A stretch of DNA of 42,814 nucleotides from Sphaeroforma arctica JP610 (lineage: Eukaryota). Below are positions 1 to 13,900 of the stretch, piece by piece. The DNA lies in NCBI RefSeq assembly GCF_001186125.1, contig NW_014039770.1:1-42814 (forward strand). The letters are read 5' to 3'. The notes below the pieces were generated by a model. The model did no database searches and was not told the origin of the DNA. It was given only the letters and a program-made list of their open reading frames with translations. Within the stretch, counting starts at the first letter, position 1; every line of letters begins with the position of its first letter. A program made the translations under genes and the position numbers.

Positions 1-514
1 TATATGTGTGTGTGTGTGTGTATATACCGCTCAGTAGCCTATGAACTAGGGACCTAGGAGATTCACGATTAGTAGCGGGCACTTGGGGCACTTACCTGAA
101 ATAGAAGTTCGGCTCGACGCTGACCTTGGAAATCCATATGCCAGCCCTCATTGTGCTGTGCGCTAACTTTTGACATGTTGTTCCTTACAGTTATAAGTTG
201 GTGGTGAATACCACGCTAAATGCCGTGCTTTGTAGACGCTATCTTGTAGCGTGGCGTGTGTGTGCGTGCGAAATTCATTTTTTCATATATATTATTATGA
301 TTCTAAATGTTTACTTTTTATTGTGCCTGTATTTAATCTGTACTGGAGTAGAAGAATTGTTTGAGCCTTGAATCTATTAAGCACATTTATCACACATTTA
401 TATTTTAGTTGACTTGCTTCCATACGAAATAGAATCAGACTTAGACTGTGTCAGCTGCTTCTCCCTTTGCTCCAGTACTGATCACCTCCTATACTATTCC
501 TATACAGTACAATC

Positions 515-1763
515 ATGACAGAGGTCAGGCGCTTCGTCTGTGACGACATGTTCCGCTTCAATACCGTGTAAGTTATAGTCGTTTTGTGTGTGTCAAAATC
601 ATATATTCGTGCACACATACTTATGATTTCACACGTTCGTATACACATATATGCTGTGAAGGATCGGGACTTTGGTGTGCTAATCGCGAATTTTAATTGC
701 TGTGTATCATGTAAGTATGTGGCGAAGTCTTCGTTTCAATAAACACAGACGCATACGAGTATGCAAGTTTATCCTGTTGAGTATGGCGCTGACGAAAGGA
801 TTCGCACCACGGTTGCCATTTGTTCCCGACTCGTCTCTAAGATAAATGTAAGCTGGCATATTCAGCACGTTATCGGTGTTCTATATGTATGCATTCGTTG
901 AATGAAAACGTACATATGTCTTCGGTGTACATACATATAACCATTCTAGTAGAGATATTCGGTTATATCCATTCAAACTTGATATCGATATATATATATA
1001 TACTATTTATCCATATTATATATATATATATATATATACGTGTGTGTTGAGTGTATGTTATTTTGTAGATGTATATGTATANNNNNNNNNNNNNNNNNNN
1101 NNNNNNNNNNNNNNNNNNNNNNNNNNNNNNNNNNNNNNNNNNNNNNNNNNNNNNNNNNNNNNNNNNNNNNNNNNNNNNNNNNNNNNNNNNNNNNNNNNNN
1201 NNNNNNNNNNNNNNNNNNNNNNNNNNNNNNNNNNNNNNNNNNNNNNNNNNNNNNNNNNNNNNNNNNNNNNNNNNNNNNNNNNNNNNNNNNNNNNNNNNNN
1301 NNNNNNNNNNNNNNNNNNNNNNNNNNNNNNNNNNNNNNNNNNNNNNNNNNNNNNNNNNNNNNNNNNNNNNNNNNNNNNNNNNNNNNNNNNNNNNNNNNNN
1401 NNNNNNNNNNNNNNNNNNNNNNNNNNNNNNNNNNNNNNNNNNNNNNNNNNNNNNNNNNNNNNNNNNNNNNNNNNNNNNNNNNNNNNNNNNNNNNNNNNNN
1501 NNNNNNNNNNNNNNNNNNNNNNNNNNNNNNNNNNNNNNNNNNNNNNNNNNNNNNNNNNNNNNNNNNNNNNNNNNNNNNNNNNNNNNNNNNNNNNNNNNNN
1601 NNNNNNNNNNNNNNNNNNNNNNNNNNNNNNNNNNNNNNNNNNNNNNNNNNNNNNNNNNNNNNNNNNNNNNNNNNNNNNNNNNNNNNNNNNNNNNNNNNNN
1701 NNNNNNNNCTTGCAGGTCCGATTCTAGAGGATCCCACCTGTGTGTGTGTGTGTGTGTTTATGC

Positions 1764-1809
<46 letters not shown>

Positions 1810-1836
1810 GTGTGTGTGTGTGTGTGATTTATATAG

Positions 1837-1869
<33 letters not shown>

Positions 1870-1907
1870 GTGTGTGTGTGAAGGATATATATATATTTGT
1901 ATACATA

Positions 1908-1946
<39 letters not shown>

Positions 1947-4254
1947 TAATCATACATATTGATTCGTATTCCTTTGTATCATTGCATACATCTGTATAGA
2001 GAATATTTGTATTTTACAAGTACATAGGTTGATATGTAGGTATGCACTATTTCCTATCTTGTTTGCTTGAACATCTACCTCTGATGCGGTATTATATCAG
2101 ACGTTGATGTCTGTAAATTTAATATGTACAATATCGTCTTATCCTGGTTCGCGAAGAAAAATAATTTATTCTTAATTTGGAATCCGAGAGTATCGAGGTT
2201 CATTTCTCATTTTGTTCTTCACTCTACCACAGCAATCTTGATCCTCTGACTGAGACGTATAACCTCGGTTTCTACCTACAATACTTGGCTGTGTGGCCAA
2301 ATTACTTCTCTGTTTGCGAGTCCTCGTCTGGAGAATTGATGGGATATGGTATGCGAACGCTCTGTGTTGGGTTTTAGCTGTCGTACGGGTGTGGTGAATT
2401 AGGTTACTGTTCGGCGTTGCAAATAGCAAGCACAAGCAAATGTATAATCATGAACTACAACAGGATTGTAAAACACTACAATGTCGATATGGAGGCATTC
2501 TTACACGTGACTCTGGTCCTGTGTTGTAGTTTAGCATGGTTGTTCCTGACATGTGAGCACAGTATGTTCAGCTTTAGAGTGTACGCTATCTGAAGATATA
2601 GTACTCTACCAGCCGTGCGATGGACCTACTTTGATAAGTATCTTATTTTTCTCCACCCAATTAACTTTAAGTGTTACTCTTGTATGCTCAATTTCTATTA
2701 CCATGACTAGAATGTGCACTGTTCCGGTTTTACATATTTAAGTCTACTGCCGACTGCTGTCAGTATGTGCAGAAGACTTTGAATACTTAGAAGTTGAGGT
2801 CGCATGGTGTGACTTATGATTCGTGGACCATGACAATGCTGTTCACATAGATATGCTGTTGCGTGGTACGTGTATAGTTTTTGTTCTAAGTGATAAGGTG
2901 TCAAATCGAACTAGATTATTTTATTCGAGCCGGTTCGATCAGAAGGGTTGCTTAGCATTGCCATGAGTAGGCGAATTCGGGTTTTGATATGACCTTCCGG
3001 CGAATTTTCGAGATTTTTTTTATTCTCAAGGAATGTGTAGAGGATATTATTCAGGCTAGGACACATGAATTACTTATGGGTTGGGCAAACACCTATGCAA
3101 AGGCCTGTCAAGACACAGTATGGATCATAGGAATGCGGTAGAACACCACCGTATTCAGTCAATATAACTACATTCTTGCGAAAACAAATGTGGGCATATT
3201 TAATGATAATTTTCATTTCTTTGATACTTTACTAGTCATGGGCAAAGCCGAAGGAAGAGGCGAAGAATGGCATGGCCATGTCACGTGTCTCACCGTCACA
3301 CCCACATACCGTCGATTGGGGCTGGCCAATCAGATGATGGATCTACTGGAGAGAGTCTCGGAACACATGTATGTCTTGCACAGACACTGAAAGAATCACA
3401 CTTCCTATTTAGTATTGTACAATGTGTTCAAACTGATTAATTTGGAAATGATAGTAGAATTCTTCTATGGGCTTTCTCTGTACTCAGAATATGTATGAAT
3501 CCATACATGGAGCAATCAAGGATAGGACCACAACAACGCACTGAGTGAAGTAGGTCAGCCAAAAGTTGATTAAGTATTGATGTTTTCACGCACTAACCCG
3601 AAGATATCTGCTTTGCCGCTTATTGCGTACATATGCTTCATCATATCTCTCACCTTACAACACTCTCTGTAAACTCAGATACGATGGATACTTCGTAGAT
3701 TTATTCGTGCGGAAATCCAATGAAGTGGCGATAGGGATGTATCGTAAGCTAGGATACACAGTCTATCGGCGAGTCTTAGGCTACTATTCGGCGTCAGTAG
3801 ATGCGGATGAAGAAGATGCTTATGGTAAGTTGTGGTTAGTACATATGGTCCCTCTATTTATTGAATGTTATATTGGTTTTGTGCAGACTCGTAATTCACA
3901 GTAAGTTGTGGTTAATACTCTTGGTCCCTCCATTCATCGTACGTTATGTTGGTTGTAAGCAGACTCGTATTCGCACAGTAAGTTGTGGTTAATACTCATG
4001 TCTCTCCATTTATCGTACGTTATATTGGTTGTAAACGGTTGCTTCGGTTTCACATGGACCTTCGATCTTTTCATGATGAATATATCTGCCATTTCAATGC
4101 GCAATACTATTTGCGATACTGCGAGGGCCTTACAACCAAACGTCCTTGTAATGTGTTTTCAACAGATATGCGGAAGGCCTTACCGAGGGACGTGACGAAA
4201 AAATCAGTCATCCCACTCGATCATCCAGTATTACCTGAAGATGTGTATAGTTGA
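515..4254 (+). CDS. NAA20: N-alpha-acetyltransferase 20 (NatB catalytic subunit, NAA20/Nat3); exons 515-567, 2233-2348, 3236-3368, 3679-3824, 4166-4254 (178 aa)
   Basis: Spliced translation MTEVRRFVCDDMFRFNTVNLDPLTETYNLGFYLQYLAVWPNYF...VMGKAEGRGEEWHGHVTCLTVTPTYRRLGLA...FVDLFVRKSNEVAIGMYRKLGYTVYRRVLGYYS...EDAYDMRKALPRDVTKKSVIPLDHPVLPED closely matches known NAA20 along its whole length. All junctions are GT-AG; 537 nt total, in frame. Confidence 0.95.
988..1955. repeat. (TA)n/(TG)n compound microsatellite in NAA20 intron 1, interrupted by an assembly gap
   Basis: Long runs of tatata and tgtgtg flank the N gap at 1082-1708. Confidence 0.9.
1709..1737 (+). other. Probable cloning-vector polylinker remnant (assembly artefact)
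   Basis: cttgcaggtccgattctagaggatcccac at a contig edge is a low-quality match to the pUC-derived MCS CTGCAGGTCGACTCTAGAGGATCCC, ending in CAC like a half Eco72I/PmlI blunt fosmid cloning site. Confidence 0.75.
3825..4040 (+). repeat. Three tandem ~76-77 bp units in NAA20 intron 4, each starting with the donor GTAAGT
   Basis: gtaagttgtggtta... starts at 3825, 3901 and 3978. Confidence 0.85.
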
Positions 4255-4697
4255 GATGCACCCGAGGATATACCTTACTAGCAAGTATCCCCGAGTCGGG
4301 CAGTCAGGCTTGGAACGAGCTGACATAGTTCTATCCTGGAGGCATCGACTGCGCTTCATAGCCTCCAACGATGATTGATCGAATATGTAGAACCCCAACT
4401 CTAGAGTGTGGAAATAGAGCACGGTATGCCTGGGTCTTAGCTTAAGTAGCGCCGCGGAGTCCTCTGGGTTACAGTACAACGGAATGCGCTTGTTGAATCG
4501 CTTATATGGGAGTGCAGAAGTGGCCCAGGAAGTATTAAAATTGCATAGTGCCACTTGTGTTTATGACACTACTTTCCCTTGCTGTCCAATGACCGTATGT
4601 GAACCATATTGCGATTTTATTTTTGACATCCGAATTTTCTCACCCATTCTTTTTATGAACTAAATTCTATCAACATACACAACTGAGAATCGCCATT

Positions 4698-4824
4698 ATA
4701 TGCACTAATATTTACCTACATCCAACTGATTATCTCCTTTATATACACTAAATTATCTAAATACAACTAGTTATCTCCTTTATATACACTAATATTAATC
4801 TATATCCAGCTAATTATCTTTCCA
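4698..4824. repeat. Three ~42 bp tandem units directly 3' of the LYAR-like stop codon
   Basis: atatacactaa...ttatctccttt repeated three times with mismatches. Confidence 0.75.
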
Positions 4825-4826
4825 GC

Positions 4827-6892
4827 TTACGCCTTGACCTTCTTCGCCACGGTCCCTTCAATGCCCGATTCCCTCTTGCGCTTCTTGGTCATCTCCTTGG
4901 CCGCTTTCTTCACTTTCTTCGCCTTCTTGTCCTTTGTAGTCTCACTCGTCACCTGCTCTGTTTCCTCCAGAACAGATCCGACTTTGCTCTCTTTTTTCTC
5001 TTTCTTACTCTTTTTGTCCTTTTTACTCTTCTTCACGGGCTCAGCTTCCGTTTCTGTTACATCGACCTCCTTAACATTCTTACTTTTCTTCTCTTTTTTG
5101 TATTTCTTTGATTTCTTACTCTTCTTGCTTACTACACTGCTCTCCTTCTTGGTAGTATCTTCATCACTGTCTTTGGCTGACACCTGTACTTCAGCTATCT
5201 CGTTGTGCGATGTGACAGTCTCAGCCACAGGCGCTACTGCCGTAGAGGGTGCGGCAACCGCCTTGGCCACGAAATCATCGAATATTTGCCTCGACAAGGA
5301 CTCGTCTCGGAGCTGCATTTGGGATATGATTGAGGAGTGGTATTCAATGCCAGGGGGAATAGCCTGCTAGCATATCTAACATCCATATGTATATCATGTT
5401 ATTCTGACGAAGGCAATCCGGCGTAGCTTTGGATAACATGAGTGCTGTAGAGCTTGGAGTATGTCATTTATGCTTCCATATATTCTATCTGGCATTTCGT
5501 TGTATCTTTTATTATCAAAAACTTGTCGAGTGGCGCAAGATCGCATCTGATATGTGTAGTGCACGCGCACATACAGATGCTTACTCGCAATGATATTGTA
5601 CTCGTGCACCTTCGGATAAACATATGTTCCAGTTTGTATAAGTGCATCTTCTTATGGCTTAAAACTTGAACAGTACGCGGACGGTCGTATTATGCTTATT
5701 CGTTATAAATAAATATATGTGTGTGTGTGTGAACAGATATATAGCAAAAATCACAACTATAAGTACAACAATATATGTATTCTGAATGACTTCATGCATA
5801 TGCTGACGCATATTTGTTTCATATACAAAGCCAAACACGCACAAACACACATATATAAAAATATATATCATATATATCATACATATATATATCATATATA
5901 TATATATAATACATATATATATACATATAAATATATACATATATATAAGTATGTGTGTATATATATATATATCATATACTTTTATATATGTATATATATC
6001 ATATATACATATATAAATATAAATATATATATATACCATACATATACATTTATCCATACATACATATATATACATTTGTGTGTGTATTTATAGATATACA
6101 TTTGTGTGTATGTGTGTATGTATGTATAATATATGTATGTATAATATATATATATATATATATAGGTGTGCATCCATACACACAAATATATATATATGTA
6201 TGTATATATATGTGTATATGTATGTATGTATGTTTATATATATATATATATATGTGCGTGTGTATATCTATATATATCTATATATATATATATACAAGTA
6301 TATATATATATATATATACATACTTTTGCATATGCATATACATATACATATACATCTACATATTCGTATATAGTGAAACGCGCATGCCCCGCCCAAAATG
6401 TTACAATACGGTCAATGTATATCTGTACGAACACCTCGGACATTCTTCCCGATAGATATTGACTGAATATTTACAAGCAACTATATGTACTATTCCAGAG
6501 CGTGTCACTCGAAACAGGAAACATACCCCTAAACTATTTGAGCAGAAATTCTTAAACTTTGGCCATTTCCTGGGGATGTTCTCGTATGTCAGCATCTTCT
6601 CCAACATAGGTCTCATGCGTCTATCGGCGTCTCCCGAGTCTACAAACTGTTGTATATTTTCCAACCATTGATTCTGCGTGTTTTGTTTCTTCAGTTGCTT
6701 AGCTGAAGCACCTTTGTATAAGGCTCCTTGGTATCGTTGGGCTTCGGATACACAGCTGGAGTGTTGGTTGTACGAGTTACCCTCGAAAACTACATTACAG
6801 TCAATGCATGATACGGCAGCTCTGCACCCGTGATTGGCGACTTTGGCTTTCTTCAGGGCCTCGCCACACCCGTCGCATTGAAAGAACACCAT
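4827..6892 (-). CDS. LYAR: LYAR-type C2HC zinc-finger nucleolar protein; exons 6892-6527 and 5312-4827 (283 aa)
   Basis: N-terminus [56 protein letters not shown] has the two LYAR zinc fingers, followed by [20 protein letters not shown] phase-0 intron (ggg|gtatgt ... tgcag|ctc) joins a Lys/Glu-rich KKSKK tail. Confidence 0.9.
5715..6372. repeat. Degenerate (TA)n/(CA)n/(TG)n array in the LYAR-like intron
   Basis: About 650 bp almost entirely alternating purine-pyrimidine; source of the spurious Ile/Tyr ORFs. Confidence 0.9.
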
Positions 6893-7921
6893 CCTCTCCT
6901 TATGTATGTGTAGTTGTGTATATAGATGTTCTAACAATTATGTAGGCTAGTATGTACGTAGCGTAATAATACTTTACTATCAACAAAGTTTATAGAGATT
7001 CGGATGATCTGAATATTGCCGGACTTGATTTCTATATACGAGCCATATGAAGCATAGCAGTACATAGATCGCACGGTTGATCATCGGCAAAATATATATT
7101 TTACATGTACATGTTCTACATATTTTTATTATACGTACACGTGTATTTTGATGGTCCACGTGCAGGGTATATTTCTATTGGGTGTCACAAAGGATCATCA
7201 CAGCCACACAAATAACAGTTAACACTTTGGTTGCGACTCGCGAAGCCGCGATCCGGTCACCGCAACAAGAGTCCCTGCCCCAATAGGTTTGTTGGGTTAC
7301 ATCGCTTACAACGTATTTTCGTCGTACGAACTGAAACTTTGGGAGCTAAGCTCAAAACGTTTGGCGGTTTAAGCTGAATTAACGGTTATGTTCAACTTTC
7401 AAATATACTGAAGCCAGCTGATATTGATTAGGTCCAAAAGGGGTTTCCCGGCCATGTAAACGTTCAACCGTTTATACCCCAAAAAAATATCAAGTCTACG
7501 TCCTATTTACATACGACTCTATACTCTACAATCTACATTCACAAATCACATGCCCAAAAATATTTACAAGACCGTGCCCAAGATATTTTGATTTGTCCCG
7601 CCGCCTTGTTCTTAAAATAGATTTTAAATTTAAGGACTTCGTATTGGTTATTGTTATCACATTTGTTGCCACATTTACATTTTCCATGATCCGATGACGA
7701 TTAGAATTTTGCGTTGTTTCTCAGTACTAGATATGAGAAAGAATGTTTTTAGAGCTTATGTGTGTGGATGGGAATCGTAACTATTGCGGACAGCGCGATG
7801 GTATGAGCTTATAACGAGTTTTGTATTGTAGTTCATTTAAATTCTGCTGCGCCTCGCCTACTTCATCCCAAATCACTCTCAGAGTCTCAACTTCACGTAC
7901 ATGGGTTATTAAACTTTTATA
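6893..7921. promoter_or_regulatory. Divergent intergenic region (probable shared promoter) between the LYAR-like and POR start codons
   Basis: Head-to-head ATGs at 6892 (-) and 7922 (+), about 1 kb apart; no specific elements assigned. Confidence 0.5.
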
Positions 7922-10900
7922 ATGGATTCAGATCATATCGAGCAACCCACTGAGGCTGAAGCGGTAGGTTATCTTTCATAGATTTCTGCCCCATCTGTTG
8001 CTTTCACCATCGTGGAGTTGTGTGTATGGCCTGCTTGGGATAATATCGCATAATGTGTTACTTCTCTGTAGAAATGTGATTTATATACATATTATATTAC
8101 ATTCTATATATATATATATATATTATATATATATATATATATATATGTNTNTTNTATATAATATATATATANNNNNNNNNNNNNNNNNNNNNNNNNNNNN
8201 NNNNNNNNNNNNNNNNNNNNNNNNNNNNNNNNNNNNNNNNNNNNNNNNNNNNNNNNNNNNNNNNNNNNNNNNNNNNNNNNNNNNNNNNNNNNNNNNNNNN
8301 NNNNNNNNNNNNNNNNNNNNNNNNNNNNNNNNNNNNNNNNNNNNNNNNNNNNNNNNNNNNNNNNNNNNNNNNNNNNNNNNNNNNNNNNNNNNNNNNNNNN
8401 NNNNNNNNNNNNNNNNNNNNNNNNNNNNNNNNNNNNNNNNNNNNNNNNNNNNNNNNNNNNNNNNNNNNNNNNNNNNNNNNNNNNNNNNNNNNNNNNNNNN
8501 NNNNNNNNNNNNNNNNNNNNNNNNNNNNNNNNNNNNNNNNNNNNNNNNNNNNNNNNNNNNNNNNNNNNNNNNNNNNNNNNNNNNNNNNNNNNNNNNNNNN
8601 NNNNNNNNNNNNNNNNNNNNNNNNNNNNNNNNNNNNNNNNNNNNNNNNNNNNNNNNNNNNNNNNNNNNNNNNNNNNNNNNNNNNNNNNNNNNNNNNNNNN
8701 NNNNNNNNNNNNNNNNNNNNNNNNNNNNNNNNNNNNNNNNNNNNNNNNNNNNNNNNNNNNNNNNNNNNNNNNNNNNNNNNNNNNNNNNNNNNNNNNNNNN
8801 NNNNNNNNNNNNNNNNNNNNNNNNNNNNNNNNNNNNNNNNNNNNNNNNNNNNNNNNNNNNNNNNNNNNNNNNNNNNNNNNNNNNNNNNNNNNNNNNNNNN
8901 NNNNNNNNNNNNNNNNNNNNNNNNNNNNNNNNNNNNNNNNNNNNNNNNNNNNNTATATATGCATATGACATACACACACACACATATATATATATATTTA
9001 TATATTTATATATATATATATGAGTGTATATGTGCAAGAACACACCCATACGTGCTTAAGCGTATATATGTATTGTTCTGTATACATGTGATGTGTTTTT
9101 GATGGTATACTATATATATTGGTGTGACGTAAGTATGTCAGGAGGTAGACTGCAATACACGTTTGTTAGAAGCTCAATTTTTTAATTTTAATCGTTGAGT
9201 TGGCAAAGATGCTCCAGTTTACTTTATATTCATATGTACAATCGAGATAATCGTGCGGTCGTTGACTGTATGTATACATATTGTTTATCGTACAAAGTCG
9301 CGCAGTATGAGCATATGATTGAAAACTTTCGGATCGTTTGGAGTCATATACGACACATACACTTGTTTAATCGTTGAGAAGTTAGACAATTGAAATTGTA
9401 GTCGTAAGCACTTCTGTACACACCTATATACATCATATGTCGGCGTCGATACGATATATATGTATATGTCCTACTATTTATGTGTTTTTTTTTACTATAA
9501 TCTAATACATTGTATTTTTTATATCTGAAGGTCTATTCATGTATATGTACATAGCAACCATAAACCCATATTTGTCTAAGGTCTCAGAAGGTGGACATTG
9601 TATACAATCATGAAATACAGCCGTTTCAATCTCTTCTACATTCAAAGAGGAATGTCTATAGGCTATAGGTGGATGCAAACAATTTCATGTGAGACGGTAG
9701 AATTCACAAGCACTTTTAGTTGTTCAGAGTTATGTGTGTATGCGCTACAGACTGGTAGCTCACTTGCAGTTTCTATGGTCTAGAAATTCTTCTCAGCGAA
9801 CTTTATCAGACCTATATATATATGCGATGCTACCCTGTCAGCGACAGTGGTAGATAGAGTATGTGCTTTATGGCTCTCCAATATTCTTTGACTGTGCACA
9901 AAGCTGATGTTTGAAGGCGTTCTTCAATCAGACAATTACGAGGTATGGATTTTTATGATATACATCGTCAGTAATGGTGTTTCGGATAAGAAATATCATC
10001 GGAATCTGTGCTACTGGCCGCATCGGTGCTCAATCCGTGCTGTCTTTGGTAGCTTTCGAATACACTTTGTATTTGCACAAAGATCTGTCAGTCAAGCACG
10101 AGGTATAGAATTAATGGTCAGAAAAAGTTTCGAATATGATATACCATCGGCATCTGGGCTCATCGGTTTGTTGCTTCACTATTCCTTCACACGGCAACTA
10201 GCATACTACAAAAGGTTCGATGTCCTCGGATTGCGCGAGTATTTTCTTTTCGCTCAATCCACTGTGTCTCACGCGTCTCTCCTAACCTTCTCTCTACACA
10301 GCCTTTGCTCGACCTCTTCGACATGGTCACTCTGGTACTAGTGGTTGTGGCGAGTTTGGCCTATCTGTACTACGACAAGTTTGTGAACAAGCCAAAGAAA
10401 CCTTTCGAGCTGGTGTCACGTAGTACTGGGAGCGATTCCAAGACTAACTTCTCATCCGGAGATTCCTTCGTGGACAAGATCAAAGACGAAGGGATCAATC
10501 TGCTGATACTGTATGGGTCGCAGACCGGTACGGCCGAGGACTTCGCGGCACGTCTAAGCACAGAAGCGACTCTGTATGGACTCAAGGCACTCCCGTACGA
10601 CATGGAAGACTGTGAAGCAGCTGATTTGGAGCGCATGAAGGAATGTGAGAATGCGGCGATTGTGCTATGCCTGGCGACCTACGGAGAAGGAGATCCCACG
10701 GACAATGCCATAGACTTCCACCAATGGCTCAAGGACGATGGGGAGGGTGTGTCTCTGGAGGGTGTGAACTACACAGTGTTTGCACTCGGGAACAGCACGT
10801 ACGAGCACTACCAGGCGGTAGGTCGACTGGCCGATAAGGTGCTGAAGCGCCTGGGCGCCACTCAGGTGTGTGCGCGAGGCGAAGGTGACGATGACAAGAA

Positions 10901-13900
10901 CATTGAGGAGGATTTTATCAAGTGGAAGAAGGGGATGTTTAGGTCCATGTGCAAGCAATTCAACATGGAGGTCCCCGAGGGCGTTGAGAATGCCGTAGCT
11001 GCCAGACAGTACAAGCTGACTGAAGTGAACACTGCCGAGAAGAAGGTTCGCGTGTACGAGGGCGAGATGGGACGACACAGATCGATTCCTTTTCCCCGTA
11101 CGTTTGTACCGGATTCCAAGAACCCCCAGATGGTACGTGTGAAGGTCAATCGTGAGCTGTACAAGGACAAGACACGCTCATGCCGACACGTGGAGCTGGA
11201 TATCAGCGGCACTAAGATCAAGTACTATGCTGGCGACCATGTGGGCATCTATCCTACTAACAACACTGATTTGGTACTGGAAATGGGGCGCTTGCTGCAG
11301 GTGAATCTGGATGCTGTGCTCAAACTGGAGCCAACAGAGGCGAATGCATCCAAGCGTGTGCCATTCCCTTCTCCGTGTACGTACAGAGCGGCTTTTGCGC
11401 ATTATCTGGACATTAATCAGCACCCCAAGCCACACCAGTTGAGACAAATGGCACAGTATGCTGAGGGCCAGGACAAAGAGTTCCTGCTGCACCTTGCCTC
11501 GGAAAAGGGGGCTGAGGAGTACAACAAATGGGTGCTCACAGAGTGCCGTACATATGCAGAGGTCATCAAGAGCCTAAACACACTCAATCCACCAGCCGAT
11601 CTTATCATTGAGATCATGCCTCGGTTGCAACCACGCTACTACTCCATATCCTCATCGAATAAGGTATGCTCAAAGTTTACAAACACGTCATTTGGGGGTT
11701 GGAAGGATAGGGAAGATGCCGAAGCGGCGCACACTATTTATTTGTGAGCAATGTTTTCCATTACAATTCATCTCTAATGGGGATATGTTTTAGGCCTGGC
11801 ACGCGCATATCACTTGAGGAACTCCACATCAGTACTCTGATCGAAAATCAAACTTTACTTCGTTTCCTGTAGGCGCACCCGGATAGCATCCACGTCACCG
11901 CCGTTGTAGTCGAGTACGACACCCCCACTGGAAGAAGTGTTCAGGGCGTGTGCACATCCTACCTACAGAACATCAGCTGCGACGATAGCTGTATGTTTGC
12001 TTTCCCTATGTATCCCCCCATATATCTGTGTACTCTGCAAATTTTGTGTGGTATGCTACATCGCTGACACCTTTTATTGGTTGATTTTGGGGTATAGAAC
12101 TTGGAGACCGCAGCAGTGCATTGAGAGGTATGGGCGAGACTAGGATGTCGATAATCATTTGATATCACCTCGATCATATTTTCACTAGATCGACTGTATC
12201 AAGACCTGTATATGTAGCTCAAGATGCGCATTTAAGAGCGCAAGCATGGAATCGGTGTACCCAGCGCCTGAACGAACGCTGTGTGCATACACAAGTTTGC
12301 GTTACTGCAATCTATGCATGCTTGATATATAGATATAGCTATATATTTATCTAGATATAGCTGTATATTTGTATGTATTTTCTGTGGTCCGTGCACAGAT
12401 ATACGTTTTCTTTGCGGAGTTCCCTCATGTGTCCTGTGGTCGTCAGCTGGCTTACCATCGATGATTTGTCGTATATTGAGTCTTCAAATCCTGCAAATAA
12501 TTTTAAAACACATGCATGTGATCAATTACGTACTTATCTATGAGGGATATGGTTGTGCATTCCGTGCTCATCCGACACAATATGTATTACCTGTTGCGCA
12601 GACGATCTGCCAGAAGTGCCAATCTTTGTGCGTCACTCCACATTCCGATTGCCAAAGAGTATCAGCACTCCCATTGTGATGATCGGTCCGGGTACCGGTT
12701 TGGCCCCTTTCCGAGGTTTCTTACAGGACCGCGAGCAGGATATGCTGAAGTTGGGTAGGTTCACAGGCAAATCTGTGATAGACAGTTACGGTTTTAGGAT
12801 ACTCGCAATACCACATACGTATATCAGTTGATAGTTGCAGCATTTCTGTGTTGCTATGCGAATTGGCCAGTACTTCTCCCGCTACAAGCCCCTGCATATA
12901 TATATATATATACTGGTACCATCGTGATGAATTAATAGTAAATCATCCGTTCGTGACCTGGGTGGCGTGTTAATCACAAGCCACTATTGCAGTTCCACAC
13001 TTAAATGCAACAACATTTTTTTACCTGCAATTTCATGATATATCTGTACTTGNNNNNNNNNNNNNNNNNNNNAACAACATGTTTTACCTACAATCTCATG
13101 ATATATCTGTATTTAATGAGTATGTCCTTGAAAGATTCAGGGTGCCTATATCATAAAGAGATATTACAAGTGACTATATTTGAAACTGCGACGTATCCTA
13201 ACGTAACCGATGTTCTGTCTGTGATCTAGCAGTCGAGTATGATTTTATGCTTCGCCATTGGTACTAAATCTGCAAATGATCTTGTGGCCAACAGAAGGGG
13301 ACGACAAACTTGGCAAATCAATGTTATTCTATGGTTGCCGGAATCGCAACGAAGACTATCTGTACCAGGAAGAGCTGGAAGCGTTCAACGCCAGCGGTGT
13401 CGTGGATGACCTACAAGTGGCATTCTCGCGCGAGTCTGCTGAGAAGGTGTATGTCTCACACTTGATGAAGCAACACAAGAAGCAGATCTGGGATATGCTT
13501 GACCAGAAAGGGCACATCTACGTTTGTGGGTATGTTTCTGTGGTATGAGCTCCATATACTGTATCGTTTGCTCCTTCGCTACTTTCCTGGGATGTCAGTG
13601 ACGGGTAACTAAAGTGATCTGGCATTTTTTTTTTCTGCCTGTACAGGAAGTGCTTTATTCTCTCCTGCTCCGTGCAGTGACTTTACAGCTGTATTCACGT
13701 ATTTGCGCGCATATATGTACATATATGTGTTCATATATGTATATATATATATAATGTATTTAAACACATGTTGTCGATGCAATCTGACCCTTCCGTTGCG
13801 TTCTCATATAGATTCTGTATACGCGTTAATTAATACTCGATTCTGTTTGATTGCTTATCTAGTGATGCGAGAAATATGGCTAAGGATGTCCATCAGATTC

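Noticed and set aside
1003..1999. Long ORFs across N gaps (also 7998-9049, 15560-16390, 40002-40217)
   Set aside because: Open only because of Ns and flanking (TA)n; not coding evidence.
4834..5370. Hydrophobic 178-aa plus-strand ORF resembling a membrane protein
   Set aside because: Antisense shadow of the Lys/Glu-rich LYAR-like exon 2.
5659..6462. Many overlapping Ile/Tyr/His/Cys-rich ORFs
   Set aside because: Translations of the dinucleotide array inside the LYAR-like intron.
10370..11617. Several minus-strand ORFs
   Set aside because: Antisense to POR exon 2, with no motifs of their own.
13005..13115. ~45 bp repeated on both sides of a short gap
   Set aside because: Small intronic tandem repeat or unresolved contig overlap; cannot be interpreted.
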